From Octopus sinensis (Eukaryota), in contig NC_042999.1 in assembly GCF_006345805.1 (NCBI RefSeq), positions 145,452,001 through 145,516,000 on the forward strand: 64,000 nucleotides of DNA, written 5' to 3'. A program made the translations under genes and the position numbers. Below, piece by piece: positions 12,175-24,549 of this stretch; the stretch's first letter is position 1, and each line of letters begins with the position of its first letter. The notes beneath the pieces are model-generated. The model did not search any database. It had not been told where the DNA came from and worked only from the letters and a program-made list of their open reading frames with translations.

Positions 12175-12375
12175 GAAATATCTAAAATATAATCAGAAAT
12201 ATTTAAACAATATTTTTAAGATATAAATAATATAATAATGTAAAGTATAGAAGCCATCTTATCATGGCTAACCACATTGGGGAGGGAGTGTTACTTTAGC
12301 TTTATAGCCCCAAGAGATCTTCGTCTCTAGCTGGCTTTAGACACAATATGTGTGTCCTCGCAAGCCTGAGTGATA

Positions 12376-12418
12376 CGCTCGAACTAGTTTCGGGATTGTT
12401 GTCCCTCGTCAACGGGCG
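12376..12418 (-). ncRNA. Minimal type I hammerhead motif, U3/G8 variant
   Basis: Minus strand: CGCCCG-TTGACGA-GGGA-CAACAA-TCCC-GAAA-CTAG-TT-CGAGCG. Confidence 0.7.
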
Positions 12419-12565
12419 GTAACCACCAGGTAGCGATGAAATTTTCTTTATTATGATCAATAGATCTAACATAGAATGGATACATTACAGGACAAAACAG
12501 TTACAAAAATGCTATGCGAGTTCGAATGAAATTTAAAAAATTACAAAATTAAAATTTTATGTCAC

Positions 12566-12649
12566 TTGAACGAAAACTTGGCTTACTTTGCCTTGAAACG
12601 AAACCTTGGCTTACTTTGCCTTGAAACGAAACCTTAGCTTACTTTTGCC
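12566..12649. repeat. Three tandem ~28 bp units in the family B 3' UTR
   Basis: TTGAAACGAAACCTTGGCTTACTTTGCC x3 with small variations. Confidence 0.9.
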
Positions 12650-12820
12650 TTTATCACGAGAACTTTTAGTGCGTATGTTTTCTTTTCATTTCTTTTTTTT
12701 TATTATTAATTCTTTATTTTAAACAGTTATGTACAGTGAAAGGTAATGGGAGGTACCAGTTTCAATTTTGAACCCGGCAGCCTATAAATCCCAGCAGCTG
12801 ATTTTTCTTTTCCTCGATGA

Positions 12821-15800
12821 TTAAGCTGGGTTACTCTCACCCACCTTTCTCATCACATCCTTCCAACGTTCCATATACTCTTTCTGTGGCAGGCTCCTCT
12901 TCTCCAACCCCATCTTGCTCTTCAGATGATATCCGAAGTATTTTAACAAACCGGGGCCAGAGATAAAGGACCCTTTCACTAGACCTTCCACTCTAGTTCT
13001 CCATACACACTCTTTCAATACTGCCACCGTACAGTAAAAACCAGCCTTACCTTCCTTTGAGAGTCCAGTTGGCGGTATCATCTTAATCATAGATCCAGCC
13101 GACAGCTGTACTCGTCCCAGATGCGACAACACGTGTCCACGTAACTTATCAAGCCTGACAGCTCCCGACATTGTACAAAAGCGTGTTGAACGGTTTCATC
13201 GTCCAACCCACATCTTGGACACGTCGGTGGCACTGACATTCCGTGCCTGGATAACTTCTCGCGAACAGGTAATGCATTCCTATAGCACTGCCAGGTCAGG
13301 GATGTTTGGTAATTATCCAAATACCCCGGCCTGAAAGTCTTCTTAAACAGGTTGGAGAGTTGATCCTCATCGAACCCCAGAGCCCTTCCTAGGACGTCGT
13401 CATTTTTTCCTCCTACCAGCCCTTTATAGAACACCGAGGTGGTATTCCCGCTGCCGGCCTTACCCATCTTGTGGATCAGCCAGAGTGCCTGTCGGCACTC
13501 CTTCTGCCATGAAGTCAGTTTACGTCCTTTTAATGAGACCGGGTGTAAATCCCTCCATAGAGGCCGGTCGCGGGAAGAATTCCTCTGCCAGCGAACTCCA
13601 CACCTTATCATCCTCCAGGTAACACCAGAGGTGTCTCAGCCTCAACGCATGCTTGCGCATCATTAGCCAAGGCATCCCCAGTCACACCTTTAGCGGTTCC
13701 TGGCAACACACGGAGCGTCTCACAAGTGGCTTTCCTCCTTTCCACAAAAAGCGGAAAAGAAGTCGTTCCAACTTTTTAACCACGAATCGGGGCAAGGCAC
13801 GACGGTCAGGCGGTAGGTGACGACAGAGGCTATAAACATCTGTGCCACCTCCGCCCTCCCTTTCAAGGAAAGATGCCTTCCGGACCACTTCCGTACTATA
13901 GCATCCACCTTGCTCGTTACCTCGCTCCAATTCTTCTCCGTCTGGGAGTCTGGACCAAACCATACTCCGAGCAATTAACAGGACCATCCGTCCAGTGTCC
14001 AACAACACTGGACGGTATCTGCTTGTTCCTCCAGGTGCCGAGGCGCAAACCGATGGACTTGTCCCTGTTAACTTTTGCCCCTGCCACCGCTTCGTATCTA
14101 TGGAGAGCACCTACTACCCGAGGTAGCTGTGTTCCGTTGGACACGATGAGGGTGACGTCATCCGCATAGGCAGAGAAACAGACTTACCGCATCCGATTTC
14201 ATTAGGGTTGCCTCCCAACTTCTCCAGCTTCCGCAGCAATGGCTCAAGAGCCAAAACATACTGGAACGGGGACAAGGGGACCCTTGTCGAACTGAACGCT
14301 TGATCGAAAACGGCTCCGTTAGGTAACCGTTTATCTGGACTGTGGACTTGATGCCGCTGTACATAGCTGAGATCCACCCGCAGAAGCCAGGGCCCAGCCC
14401 AGCCGCTTCGAGAACCGCCGCCAAGTACCGATGGTCCACCCTATCAAACGCTTTACTTTGGTCTAAATGGACCAATGCCCCTCCTTTGCCGTCTAATTTC
14501 CCGACCCTATCTATAGTGTAGCGGAGAAGGTGAAGATTATCCTGGATCGACCTGCCTGGGATTGCACATGTCTGTGCCTTCCCGACAAGTTTCTTCACGA
14601 CAGCCGTCAACCTTTTTGCTAACACCTTGGCCAAAATCTTAAACTCTACATTAAGTAGAGTTATGGGCCTGTAATTACTAATACTGTCCCCCTTGCTCGG
14701 GTCTTTCTGGACCAGCGTCACAACTCCCCGACTCACAGAGCTGGGAATCCTCCCATTCTGTTGCCAGTTTGCATAGACGCTTGCCAGTATGTCCCCGAAC
14801 AAGTCCGGCATACAACAATAAAATTCATAGGGTAGACCATCCAATCCCGGTGACTTTTCCCCGGCGCACTCGGCCATAACCCCTCTTACCTCTGCGGGAG
14901 AGATCGATCCTTCACAGCACTCCGCCTCACCTGCCGAGAGCCGAGGCCCACCAGCTAGGAAGTCCTTTAAGGTCTTCCCACGCTCGAGCGGGCCACCGCC
15001 CCCAAACAGCCGTGCGAAATGCTGGTGAAGGACCTTCTGCATCTCCTCCTGTCCATAGATCTTGCGGTCCTGCTCGTCAGTTAAGGACATAATACAGGAC
15101 TTTTTGCCCTTCTGACTCTCCTCACGACGGGCCCATCCGGCAACGTTAATACCTTCTCGTTTTCCTGCACGTAACTTAGCTCTGACTCTACACCCCTCGT
15201 GCTTGGCGTTGAGGTGACGGTACAATACCGCTCTCGCTGCCAACACTCCGGATGCACAGCCAGATTCCATAGCCTCGTCTAAGTTCTTAACTAATTCGCC
15301 CTCTATTCTAGTCCTATCTAAACTTAGCTGCTTGCTAAATCTAATGGACTCCAAACGGATGGCTCTTTTGAGGGCGAGCCACCATCTATTATTAATGATG
15401 GTGCCACATAATGCCCTCTGTACTAATTCCTTAATCCGGGTACGGAAAGCTTCACAGGTCAAAATAGACTTGTTCATCTTCCAGTACCCGGGACCTTGTC
15501 TATGGCATTTATCTACATGTACCTCACACGTTACAAGTTTGTGATCCGTGTAAGGCACAACAGAGAATTGTGGACAGCTAACACTATTCCTATCTCGTTC
15601 CTTAACAAATACTCTATCTATGTACGATCTGAGTGAGCCGTCGTTATTACTCCACGTCCACTGTGGAACGTTCGGCTCATCCAGTCGAAAACGGTCTACT
15701 AGATTAAAGCTCGCTAGTAGAGCCTTGAGGCCAGGATTCCCCTTCCTATCGCTCGAGCCTACACCATCCACCCGCGCATCGAGAATGGTGTTGAAATCCC

Positions 15801-16209
15801 CTACCAAGACTACCGTTTTGGACGTCACTAGAAAGTGCTCCAGTTCCCGATAAAAACCGGTCTGCCCACGTCCGTTAGGAGCGTAGACAGCCACCGACCT
15901 GAAGGACTGCTTACTCACGTGCGTCACATCTAGGACAACCAGCCTACCTTCTGGGTCCAAAAAGACAGTACTTACCTGTAAGTCCAAGTTCTTCCTGAAA
16001 AGAACTGCCACGCCTGCACCTCCCCCTCGGCTAGGAGAAATAAATTTCTCGTAACCATTGAGAAGTGGTGAGAACGCTTGGGGTCCCTTCATCTTGGACT
16101 CGGTAACAATAGCTACTTCGATTCTATGTGAAATGAGGTCGTCACGAAAACAAGCCTGTTTCCATTTCGATCCCATTCCACGCACATTTATACAACCTAA
16201 CTTAATCAT
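12821..16209 (-). pseudogene. Tx1 ORF2 (APE endonuclease, reverse transcriptase, zinc finger), frameshifted in this sequence
   Basis: MIKLGCINVRG, VGDFN, SYIDRVF, YTDHK; KSPGLDG, NYRPITLLN, LDQSKAFDRV, RQG.PLSP, YADD; CPRC..DETVQHAF..C. Confidence 0.93.
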
Positions 16210-16232
16210 CGAGAAAAAAGAAAATTATTTAC

Positions 16233-17304
16233 TCACGGTTGCGAGAGGGAGCCTGACAGATTCTTTCTGCCTGTCTCCCCCCCACTCGCCGTTGCTGCTG
16301 GGTGTTTCACCGGCGTTGCCACCGGGCTCTGGGTTGGTGTGGCTGCCGGGCTAACGGGTAATTTCCCAGTTGTCACCTCCTGGGTGACATCCTTAATGAA
16401 GCCGGCTTTTACGTGGCTTTGTAAGGTTTTGTCTTTCCATCCTTCTTCGCCGACCCTTCCATATCGCCACTCCGCTTCCTTCTCGGTCGCTTTGTAGCAC
16501 CTGATCAGCGTACTTGCTTTCACCCATGTTTCTACTCTCACGTTCTTTGTGGTGTATGCAATAATTTTTTCGTTGGGTTTAAACCCTTTTACAGTTGGGG
16601 GGTGGGGTTTGTTAAAGTGCTGGCCTATAAGTGTAGTACCGCCGGGGTGGGATTGGAGAATATTTTTAATTTGTTCGTCTGCGTTGTTTTTTTTTTTTGA
16701 TACGGGTGGGGAGTCAGGGGTGATGGATTTTTTCCTTTTGTTGGACACGTTCGTAAATTCCATGTCTTCTTGTTTATTTGTTTTTGTTGCATTATTTTCC
16801 TCATCCTTTCCTTTCTCATTTTGCATTTCGTTCTTGTCTTCCTCCTTTTTGGAGTTCGACCTGTTTATTTTTTCCTCCTTGTTTTCGCCAGCCGTTACTT
16901 TTTTCTCCACTTTGCTGCTTTCTGCGTTCTTCACAGCGTTTTGTGGGGGGGGGGGCGTTGCCCGCATTATTTTTTTTTGTGCAAACGGAACGAACGTGGC
17001 CCTTTTGCTCGCACTTAAAACATCTGGGCCTGCGTCCTTCCATCGAAACTCGTATGGAGTGCCCCTCCCCCACGAAGACTCTGTCTGGTAGGCTTTCCAA
17101 CGTCGCATTTTCCGCCTGGATTATCATCTCCAGCTGCTGGCCTCTCCAGTGTTTTGCAATTTTTCTCTTCATACTTAAAATTGTCAATTTTGATTCAACA
17201 TCAAAAATGACCGCTGTTGCCACCCACATCACGTCGTAGCCCGTTGGTATATCTTCTAGGGTCACTTTTGCGGTTCTGCATCCTAAATATAAGGGTAGCA
17301 GTAT
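16233..17304 (-). pseudogene. Tx1 ORF1 (gag-like, CX2CX4HX4C), partial with one frameshift
   Basis: EGRRPRCFKCEQKGHVRSVC followed by a Lys/Glu-rich low-complexity region; frame switch at an A10/C11 run. Confidence 0.85.
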
Positions 17305-17940
17305 TATATGTGGAGATATTCGATATTAAACAATAGATTCTGGAGCTCGTTAACGCTAATCTGAGATGATTTTCAAAACAGGTTTACGTTGAACTCGCAA
17401 CCCTTCAATACACTGTTGTAGTATTGAACTGTACTATCGATTTTCTTATCTCCAATGGAGAGGTGGAACACTACACCAACATAAGTGTGTATGTGTGTGA
17501 GTGTGTGTGAATGTGTGTATGTGTACGTGAGTATCCGTGTAAGCACTTATATACACCTGTTGAATAAATACGAACATAGATAATATGAACACAACATTAT
17601 AAACATACACGGCAAACCATCGAAGTTTGCTCCTGGTTAACTTATAATCACATGCCAAGCCAACCATATTCCACTAACTCACTTTTCCTCGTTGATTTCC
17701 AAAAATTTCCTCGCGATCCTCTTTTGGCATTAAAAGTTCAACATGTAACAAAAGTATAGTATGATAAAACGAAAATTCAGAAATTACTCATTTCAAAAGA
17801 TATGTGAATACGCAACTGCGGTATTGCTTTCAACGGAAGTGTAGTATTTTGCCACATTAATCTTTTGTGTGTGTATATATATATAACACTAGTTAAGGAG
17901 GTCTCGCCCCGGTACGGGATGATGTCTGTCTCTCTATTGT

Positions 17941-18022
17941 TTCCCTTGACGAAGGAATTATTATTGCGATGCACCCTAGTGCTTTAAATACAGTAATGTA
18001 TCCCTGAAATGGCCGTAGGGAA
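17941..18022 (+). ncRNA. Type I hammerhead motif, U3/G8 variant, extended stem II
   Basis: TTCCC-TTGACGA-AGGAAT-TATTATTG..GCAC-CCTA-GTGC..CAGTAATG-T-ATCCCT-GAAA-TGGCCG-TA-GGGAA. Confidence 0.75.
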
Positions 18023-18169
18023 TGTAAATATGGTTTCTTCTTTGTTGCTTGGACACTGGTTTTTAACTATAGGTTTCCTTTATTTGAAAAGTAATTTTTA
18101 AAAGATTTTCTAAACGATGAACTTTTTTTTTTACATTATATATTATATATTACTTATTTATATGATTCC

Positions 18170-18200
<31 letters not shown>

Positions 18201-18489
18201 TTTTATATACCTATATATTTATACATTACTTTATACTATATTTTTACGTATTTATTTTCTAGGTGTTGTAATGTTTTTTAAAAAATATATATTTCTTAAT
18301 CGCTAAAGTATTAACATTAACCGTGATGCACTGTATTCACACATTTTTCTCGCACTTTCTTATATGCTTGTACAGATGAGTTATGTTTCATCTTCCGTGA
18401 TGTCATAAATGTATATTCTATGATTAAATGTTCGAGATATGAAATGTTATGTGGATGACCTTGCATTTGTTTGTTCTGTAACCTTAGTT

Positions 18490-18539
<50 letters not shown>

Positions 18540-18601
18540 TATATATAATTATAATTAAGGTTACTGAAAAGCAGCATCAACGTGTAAGAGATAGAAGTTA
18601 G

Positions 18602-19106
18602 ATGACTCTAAAACTACATCATTTTACACTCCATTGAAATCGAGAAAATGAATAAAAAATATTTATCAAAACTTATTTTAGAGGTTAAGTTTAGATCGCA
18701 CGATTTTTGGTTTAGCAATATAAAAATTACTTTACCTTTGTTCGTAAAATATCCCCAAAGCGTATAAATGCACTCCGATCGTTATATTTACTGCGGTATT
18801 CTTTTGATTAAATATGTACGCGGTTGAGATGAATAATGAGATTTACCACGTATATACGTGTGACTGTATGCATATATTCGAAATATATACTCATGTATTT
18901 TTATGGGTTATATATATATATATATATATATATATTTCCATTGATGTGCTTTTGGTATATTCTACTGTAATTTTCATATTACTAAACCAGAAACCTTTCG
19001 ATTTAGAATTGAACTCTGAAATGAATTTTGCTAATACCTTTTTTATTCATTTTCTCACATTCAACCTGCGGTAATGGAGTGTAAAATGATATGGTCTTAG
19101 AGTCAT
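18602..19106. mobile_element. MITE/fold-back element with degenerate ~160 bp inverted arms
   Basis: ATGACTCTAA..CATTTTACACTCCATT..GAGAAAATGAATAAAAAA is inverted at ~18946-19106; also present in the duplicate (~37498-38010). Confidence 0.7.
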
Positions 19107-19111
19107 TTGAC

Positions 19112-19183
<72 letters not shown>

Positions 19184-19208
19184 ATACGTACATACACCAC
19201 ATACATGC

Positions 19209-19254
<46 letters not shown>

Positions 19255-19757
19255 GCATGTGTGTGTGTAGGTAGGTGTTTACATATATATACATATATAT
19301 GTATACACACACAGACACACATACACACATACACACACACATATATATATATATAAACACAAATGTGTTTGCATGTATGTGTATGAATATATAAGTTTAT
19401 TTGAATTGTATCCCTCCTCAAAACTAATATACACAAACACTCACGCCCACATTCGCTTCATAAGAATATTTGTAAGACTTCCTTTCTTGTTAATGCTTGT
19501 GTAGCAATGCGTAACGCTGTTAGGAAAACAATTACAGTGACAGAAGCCATAAAATTGTTCTCATGTTTGTCCAACATGTACAATTTTGTGATTTCCTTTA
19601 TTCCGACTATCTTCATTTTATCTGATATTGTCAAATCAATTTTGGATACTTGTATCTTGAAAAACGTACTTTTCATACATTTTATACAATGATTCGGTCT
19701 TCTTTTAGCCTTGAGCTGAAAAAAAATCATTTATATAATATCTGTCTTTGAGTGAAT

Positions 19758-20615
19758 AACGAAGCTAAAGCTTCAAGAATAAAGCTGCTAGGCACAGATT
19801 GACTGTAAATTCTACTGTGCATGCACACTAAGTTTTAACGTTCTAGCACACATTCGCTGTTTACAGTAATACTTGGAAGGAAGGCGTGTAGCATGTGATC
19901 GTTGCATTGACCATGACAGAGAAAATTATCATGGCGATACCTGCTCAGTGGCCTGCAAAAAGTTGCAGAAAGTGTATGGAAAGGAGTGTATAAGGCACAC
20001 GCAAGTGTACGAGTGGTTCATACGTTTCCAATATGTCCGAAAAAATGTCGATATTGACGAACGTTCTGGGGGATCTGCAACCAGTAGAACTGAGAAAAAC
20101 ATCGCAGATGTGCGTGCAGCTGTGAGAGGAAATCGTCGAATCACCATTTGTGAGTCATCAGAGGATATGCAGGTTAGTTACGGTTAAGATCAGTCCATTT
20201 TCACTGAAGATTTGAGTATGAGACGCATGTCTGCCAAGTATGTGCAAAAAACTGCTTTCAGCTGACCAGAAAGACACTCGGGTTTCAGTTGCACAAGATA
20301 TCCTTGATTGTGTCGAGAACGATGAAAACTTTTTGAAAACTTTACGTAGGTTCTGAGCAGATATCGCCCAGCTTTTGGCAAAATTTGATGCAGATTCTCT
20401 GCTTAACTTTCTCTGTCAGCGTCAATAAGACGATCACACGCTACGCACCTTCTTTCCAAACCCTGCTGTAAATAGTGGAAGTGAGCTAGAACATTTATAC
20501 TTAGTGCGCATGCACAGCAGAGTTCAAGGTCAATCTGAGCCAAGCGGCTTCACTCTCCATGCTTTAGCTTCGTTCCTATAGCAACAGTCCGGATACTTAT
20601 TGATTAGACCACGTA
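19758..20615 (+). mobile_element. Mariner derivative with long (~170 bp+) inverted arms and N-terminal transposase remnant
   Basis: LQKVYGKECIRHTQVYEWF.RF....DIDERSG HTH region; right end AGTCCGGATACTTATTGATTAGACCACGTA; left terminus missing. Confidence 0.85.
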
Positions 20616-21542
20616 ATACTAATAAAATTTCCCAGATTCCTGTTTTATTATAACAATTTTGTTACCTAGACACGTTTTTAAAGTTTTGAAGAGGGAAAGT
20701 CAATTACACTGAATCTTGCAATTGTTTAGTACCTTATTTTATTGCCTTGGGTTGTTAAAAAGAACGTAAGCCTCATCCGTGTTGGAATTCAAATGAAATA
20801 AAATGTAACCTAGCGCAAAATAATTTACCCAATAATCTACCGTATCTGTAAGTGTACCACTTTACCCCCTAGTAATGATTTCAGCTATGGCATGAGATTT
20901 TAACTTTGGGGATGGGTTAGTCAATTATAGTGATCCCCGTAACTGATTGCATGAAAAGAAATGTTGATCTCGTATCGTAGAGAGACGGAACAAATAATGT
21001 AAAACGTTTTGCACGACGCTCTAACGATTCAACCAATCACCGCCCTTTTAGAAATCATTGAAAAAGATACAAAACAAACATTTCGAGTTTTCACTACTTT
21101 ATCGCTTAAAGCAATTATGTCAAGTAAAAATGATGGGGAAAAGCTTGCAATTTGTTTTCGTTTCAACGTGGAATTTATTAAAACATGAATAACAGAAATT
21201 ACCAGAACTAAAATATGAAGCATTACAAAAAAAAAAAAACATAATAAAATTAGAAATAGAATAATCCTATTTTTTTTTAGGAATATGAGAAATTATGAAA
21301 TGATAGAATATTAATTTATTTTTATATAGTTTTTGCTCGTTAATGTTTGTATAATGACAATGAATTAGAAGAAAGTGAGAGGAGAGATTGAGATAGATAG
21401 AGGGAAAGAGAGAGCACATGAGTTTCTGAATAGGAATAAGATTGGGAAAACAAATACTTTCAGATAAAGATGCCAATTGTTAGTTGTCATAATGCTAAAC
21501 ATCATTTACTGCAACTGTATGAATAGTCTTAATGTATCGGCG

Positions 21543-21675
21543 CAGCGTGGCCGTGTGGTAAGAAGCTTGCTTCCCAGCCACATGGTTCCGGGTTCAGTCC
21601 CACTGCGTGGCTCCTTAGGGCCGACCAAAGCCATTTGAGTGGATTTGGTAGACGGAAACTGAAAGAAGCCTGTCG

Positions 21676-21738
<63 letters not shown>

Positions 21739-21936
21739 CCGTGTTTGTCCCCTCACCATCGCTTGGCAGCCGATGTCGGTGTGCTTACGTCCCCGTAACT
21801 TAGCAGTGCGGCAAAAGAGAGTCCGATAGAGTAGGTACTAAACTTACAAAAAATAAGTCCTGGGGTCGATTTGTTCGGCTAAAATGCAGTGCTCCAGCTT
21901 TGTCGCAGTCAAATGACAGAAACAAGTAAAAAAGAA
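21543..21936 (+). mobile_element. tRNA-derived SINE (cephalopod-type) with internal (TA)n(TG)n
   Basis: A/B-box-like head GTGGCCGTGTGGTAAG..GGTTCAGTCCC; tail AATGACAGAAACAAGTAAAA; several copies in the window. Confidence 0.85.
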
Positions 21937-22888
21937 TATGCAGTGAAATCTTGAATAATGCTTGTTGGACTGAGTTGTCGTCAAGTATATTTTGTGACCA
22001 TAGGCACGACCAGGATATTGAATCGTTGAGACGTTCGCCTAGTCATTCAGTACCTGATCGGCTATTTCAGCCGTAGCCTAATTACTGAATGGAAATAGCA
22101 TCAAGAATTATTATCCAGCGTTATCTCATTGCTTTGACTCACAGAACCCGGTTGCCATATTATAATTAGACTTAGTTTCGCTTGCTTTTTGAAGCAAAAT
22201 ATAATCATAGTTTGCATAGCTATATTACTATTCATGCAGTACGTCTGAAATTTCCAAGAAAGCTATCAAGAGGTTAGTAACCTTTGGGTCATACCATATC
22301 TTCAGATATTGTCCCAACAGAGTTGAAGGAAACTTATTGAATCTCACAATATGAATACATTTGGTGTTATATGTCGTGAAAATATTTTCAATTCTTTCTA
22401 AACGTATAGTAAACAACAGGGTAGAATTACAGTTACTATAATGAAGTTAACGACGAAAGAAAGAGCGAGATCTTTGAAAATGAGAGAACGTTGATTACAT
22501 CGAGAAGGAAAGTAACTTTTAGGAATTAGAATAACAACATGATGTTGTTGTGAAAGATGACTGGAACCGTCGAACGAGCCTAATAGATGGTCAATAACTT
22601 ACGAATATCAAGCGTCTACCATAGTCTTCTCAGAATGATTGATGCCAAATCAAAATAATCATATAACATTCACAACTGTACCGAAATATTTATTACGACA
22701 TTATAGATAGTATTCAGTTTGGCACAGACTAAAAGCAGTCAAGCTGTACAATGTCTGAGAAAATCAATGCAAAGATGATTTCAAATTTAATGTCTGCTTC
22801 CGTGACAAGAAGGTGACCATGAGAATGTTTGTATCTTGTGTGCATCTCAGTTGCAGTACACAGATACATACAGACACATAACTCCCAG

Positions 22889-22962
<74 letters not shown>

Positions 22963-24348
22963 ATGTGTGTGTGTGTGTGTGCGTGTATACACATATATAT
23001 ATACATACACACACACTCACAAGCTTACACACACATGCACATATATACACGAGTAAACACATAAATGCAGAAAAGTAGAGCAATATGCTTTTATTAAACC
23101 ATTTTATTAAAGGATATTATATTACTTTAATGAAAGTATCTATATGTATTCATCCATCCATCCGCCCACCCGCCCGTCCACCCGTCCGCCCGTCCGTCCG
23201 TCCGTCCGTCCGTCCGTCCGTCCATTCATTCATGCGTACATACACGCATGCATGCATGCATATATCTTTTTGTACTGTTGGTAACGCTGGAGCGGCATCT
23301 CCTAAAGTGGCATCCGTGTCAGCATAAATATCCTGCGGGTACTTGATAGCAGCCCGATTCCAAATCTTGTCCATTTCCAAGAAAAGTCGCTACTTGTTGC
23401 ATTTGAAGTGTTCTTTGAACAGTCAGATGTTAGTTTACCCGGAAAGAAACAGTACAGTTTACCCGGAAAGAAACAAGAAGCATTGAAATTAAAGCTTCAA
23501 GATTCCACAGCTCAAGCATCACTCCTTCATAGTCAACTCATGAACTTTTCAGGCTCCACATCGAAGGTGTGCGGTCTACATATCTGATAGAAGGTAGTGA
23601 GGCCATGGCTGCGAAATATTTAATAATAGACTAACTCGATTGTGGATGATGGTAACGTAAAAAAACAGCAATAACATTAATATCAATTTACTAATTTATT
23701 ATCAAAATTATATTTCACTGTGCCTAATTCACCAGCACTAATATAGCACAAATCATCACCAAATATAAATGAGGTTATTTTCATTTCATATCATGGCTAA
23801 AAGGGAAATGAGTATTGTAAAGTTAATGTATGAAATGTATGAAAAATAGGTTTTTCAAAATCCAGAATTAACACGGTGTCAGATAAACTGCTGATAGTCA
23901 AAATAAAGGGCTGCACTTTATTCACCAAACACCGTGAATAAAATTGAAGAGTCATAAATGACTCGAGACGAATACGTTTCTCTACTACATACATATTTTG
24001 AAGAAATGCTCATTTTGCCTACGTCCAAAAGAAACATAAGGTTATTAACAATGTATATATAATATCTACTAAGAAAATAAACCCAGCCTAAAAGGAACTA
24101 GTTAATTTAAAAAGACATTTTCAGGTATCAAAATATATATGCTATACTTAAAGGAAATAACGCATAAAGAAAAAAAAAACAAGGGATTAAAGTGAAGCAA
24201 AACACAAATAAATGGAAAAGCAACAAAATATTATAATTACATCTATCCATATTGCAAAGCTAGATCTTGTACCTACACATACAAGCAAAATAATAAAACG
24301 GACGAAAACTAAAGCTAGCATGTATAAACCAAAGCAATACGAACGAAA

Positions 24349-24513
24349 CAGGCTGTGTGGTAAGAAGTTTGCTTCCCAAGCCCATAGTATTGTTTTCAGT
24401 CCCACTGCTTGGCACATTGGATAAGTGTTTTTTACTATAGCCTCGAACCGACCAAGGTCCTGTGAGTGAATTTGGTTGAGAGAAACTGAAAGAAGCCCGT
24501 CGTATACACACAC

Positions 24514-24549
<36 letters not shown>

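Larger units (their letters stand above)
11740..12430 (-). mobile_element. Penelope-like pLTR remnant(s) carrying two hammerhead motifs
   Basis: AT-rich segment with two minus-strand type I hammerhead motifs. PLE assignment is inferred from the minimal palindromic stem III; boundaries approximate. Confidence 0.55.
12443..17304 (-). mobile_element. L1/Tx1-clade LINE, family B, 5'-truncated within ORF1
   Basis: ORF1 with CCHC knuckle, 23 nt spacer, ORF2 with APE endonuclease, RT and C-terminal zinc finger; 3' UTR ends CATAATAAAGAAAA. Confidence 0.95.
17305..19551 (+). repeat. ~2.25 kb direct duplication, copy 1
   Basis: Matches 36176-38479 apart from microsatellite length, single-base indels and about 7 substitutions seen by eye. 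Confidence 0.95.

Noticed and set aside
12566-12649. Repeat array as CRISPR (also the 180 bp units at 46.8-47.3 kb)
   Set aside because: No unique spacers, no cas genes, eukaryotic context.
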